DNA of 64,000 nucleotides, taken from the NCBI GenBank assembly GCA_023390655.1, contig JAEWCL010000026.1:60763-124762 (forward strand), given 5' to 3'. Origin of the DNA: Bacillota bacterium. GTDB taxonomy: Bacteria; Bacillota; Clostridia; Christensenellales; CAG-138. Below, one piece after another: positions 62,873 through 64,000 of the stretch. Each line of letters starts with the position of its first letter. Position 1 is the stretch's first letter. The translations under genes and the position numbers were made by a program. The notes beneath the pieces were generated by a model. That model searched no databases. It worked only from the letters and a program-made list of their open reading frames with translations, and was not told the origin of the DNA.

Positions 62873-64000
62873 CTATCTCCCCATGGCGATTTCGCCGTTC
62901 TTATTCGGCTTGTGTAGGTACATGTCTTTGTCGACGATTTGAACAATCTGCTCCAGCGTAAGTTCCATTTCCGGCCGATAAATGAAAATCCCCATACTGG
63001 CGTTCATGTGGTAAGGCTTCTGCCGTGCGCCATTTGAGGCTTTGAACTTCTCACGAATTCTTTGGCACGTCCTGTGCACTTCGGCTTCCTGCGCGTCATA
63101 AAACAGGATCATGAATTCATCCCCGCCATAGCGGAACAGCGTATCATCGGGCTTAAGTTCTTCTTTGATACTGTTGCAAACCTCGATAATAAGGGCGTCC
63201 CCCTCCACATGGCCAAATTGATCGTTCACGGTTTTGAGATCATCTATATCAAAAAATCCAATGGCGAATCCTCTTCCCTTACGCTTGGCGGCTTCAAATC
63301 TCTTCCTTAATAAATCCAAGCCAACGCGCCTGTTCAGCACGCCGGTAAGCATATCTGTGGACGCGTATATTGTTAGCTCATTTTCCATCCGCTTGATCTC
63401 GGCAATGTCTGCTACGGCGCTCAGGATAGACTTTTCGCCAAAATAATCAATCAGCTTGTAATTGACGATCACACGCTTCAACTGCCCCGATAACGTGACC
63501 TGTTCCACAACATAGTCATCAATTTTGTGATCAATCTCGAGCATTTTATAGATGACGCTTAAATCCGACTCATTTTGATATAAAGACTGCAACGTTTCAT
63601 GCGGCTGCCTCCGAATCCCATAAAACAGCATTGCTTTCTGGTTTGCATATTGTATTTTCCCATCTTCAAATCTGGATACTATCAGAGGGAAGGGATTGAT
63701 CTCAAATAGCTTCAGGAAGGTCGATTTGCCTTCCCTAAGCATCTCCGCACTTAAAAAGTTCTTGATATTGTACCGGTAAGCCGTGAAAAACAGTATGATT
63801 GCAAGCACAACTGTAACAGAGGAGTTCAGCTGCCTCACAATCGTCGCATCGTTTTGAAAGCAGGATAGGCCCCACAAAAAAGAAATATGGACAACGCCAT
63901 AGATCGCCACGACCCATTTGGGATACATCGGCACGACCAACGCAACGGCAAGAACGGCCATAATATACACATCCATATTTCCGGTATACCTTTGGCTGTT
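62873..64000 (-). CDS. membrane-associated PAS-GGDEF diguanylate cyclase (N-terminus may extend beyond the window)
   Basis: Intact GGDEF (RYGGDEF) and catalytic context DIDDLKTVND. It has a PAS-like middle segment and N-terminal TM helices. The reading frame stays open from the ATG at 63976 to the window edge. Confidence 0.8.
   Translation of the reverse strand, partial: NSQRYTGNMDVYIMAVLAVALVVPMYPKWVVAIYGVVHISFLWGLSCFQNDATIVRQLNSSVTVVLAIILFFTAYRYNIKNFLSAEMLREGKSTFLKLFEINPFPLIVSRFEDGKIQYANQKAMLFYGIRRQPHETLQSLYQNESDLSVIYKMLEIDHKIDDYVVEQVTLSGQLKRVIVNYKLIDYFGEKSILSAVADIAEIKRMENELTIYASTDMLTGVLNRRVGLDLLRKRFEAAKRKGRGFAIGFFDIDDLKTVNDQFGHVEGDALIIEVCNSIKEELKPDDTLFRYGGDEFMILFYDAQEAEVHRTCQRIREKFKASNGARQKPYHMNASMGIFIYRPEMELTLEQIVQIVDKDMYLHKPNKNGEIAMGR

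Noticed and set aside
1-64000. CRISPR arrays, tRNA/rRNA genes, transposases, integrases, prophage or toxin-antitoxin/defence cassettes
   Set aside because: No regularly spaced direct repeats were seen, and no tRNA-like T-loop/acceptor patterns appear in intergenic regions. No ORF has recombinase, transposase, nuclease-helicase or phage structural signatures. The only repeats are the palindromic elements reported above.

Overview
This is a densely coding, high-GC chromosomal segment (upper-50s % GC judged by eye, not computed) with Firmicutes/Clostridia-type gene content. I found no rRNA, tRNA, CRISPR array, transposase or integrase.

Left third (almost all minus strand): a dcw division/cell-wall cluster (mraZ-rsmH-ftsL-PBP-murE-mraY-murD-ftsW, with murF absent), a metallophosphoesterase, a zinc-ribbon protein with an extreme acidic tail, lonB-lon-engB, a perR-ahpC-ahpF-homolog peroxide operon, hydrolases, an ECF S-component, and ruvC-ruvA-ruvB.

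Middle: panT-coaX-hom, an MFS transporter, a tandem-OB SSB-like gene, an LCP protein, a LuxE/LuxC-like acid-activating/reducing pair, and aroD. The most system-like part of the window follows: a five-gene plus-strand exopolysaccharide locus (35.5-44.0 kb). It encodes a TviB-type UDP-HexNAc 6-dehydrogenase, a triple-NodB lipoprotein, a hyaluronan-synthase-like GT2 with a PilZ-like N-terminal domain, a membrane-anchored NodB-like protein and a GH18-like lipoprotein.

Right third: thrS under a Thr (ACC) T-box, pepT, an RDD protein, a Nudix gene overlapping a DUF2164 gene, and an AT-rich islet (VanZ plus unknowns). Then comes a GntR-controlled sugar locus (ABC transporter, PfkA-family kinase, class II aldolase, ROK kinase), a Cys-less EIIB-like ORF and a GGDEF cyclase at the window edge.

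Several sigma-A-like promoters, operators, terminators and three unexplained structured intergenic elements are also reported. All functional calls rest on motif and family recognition by eye; no database search was run.
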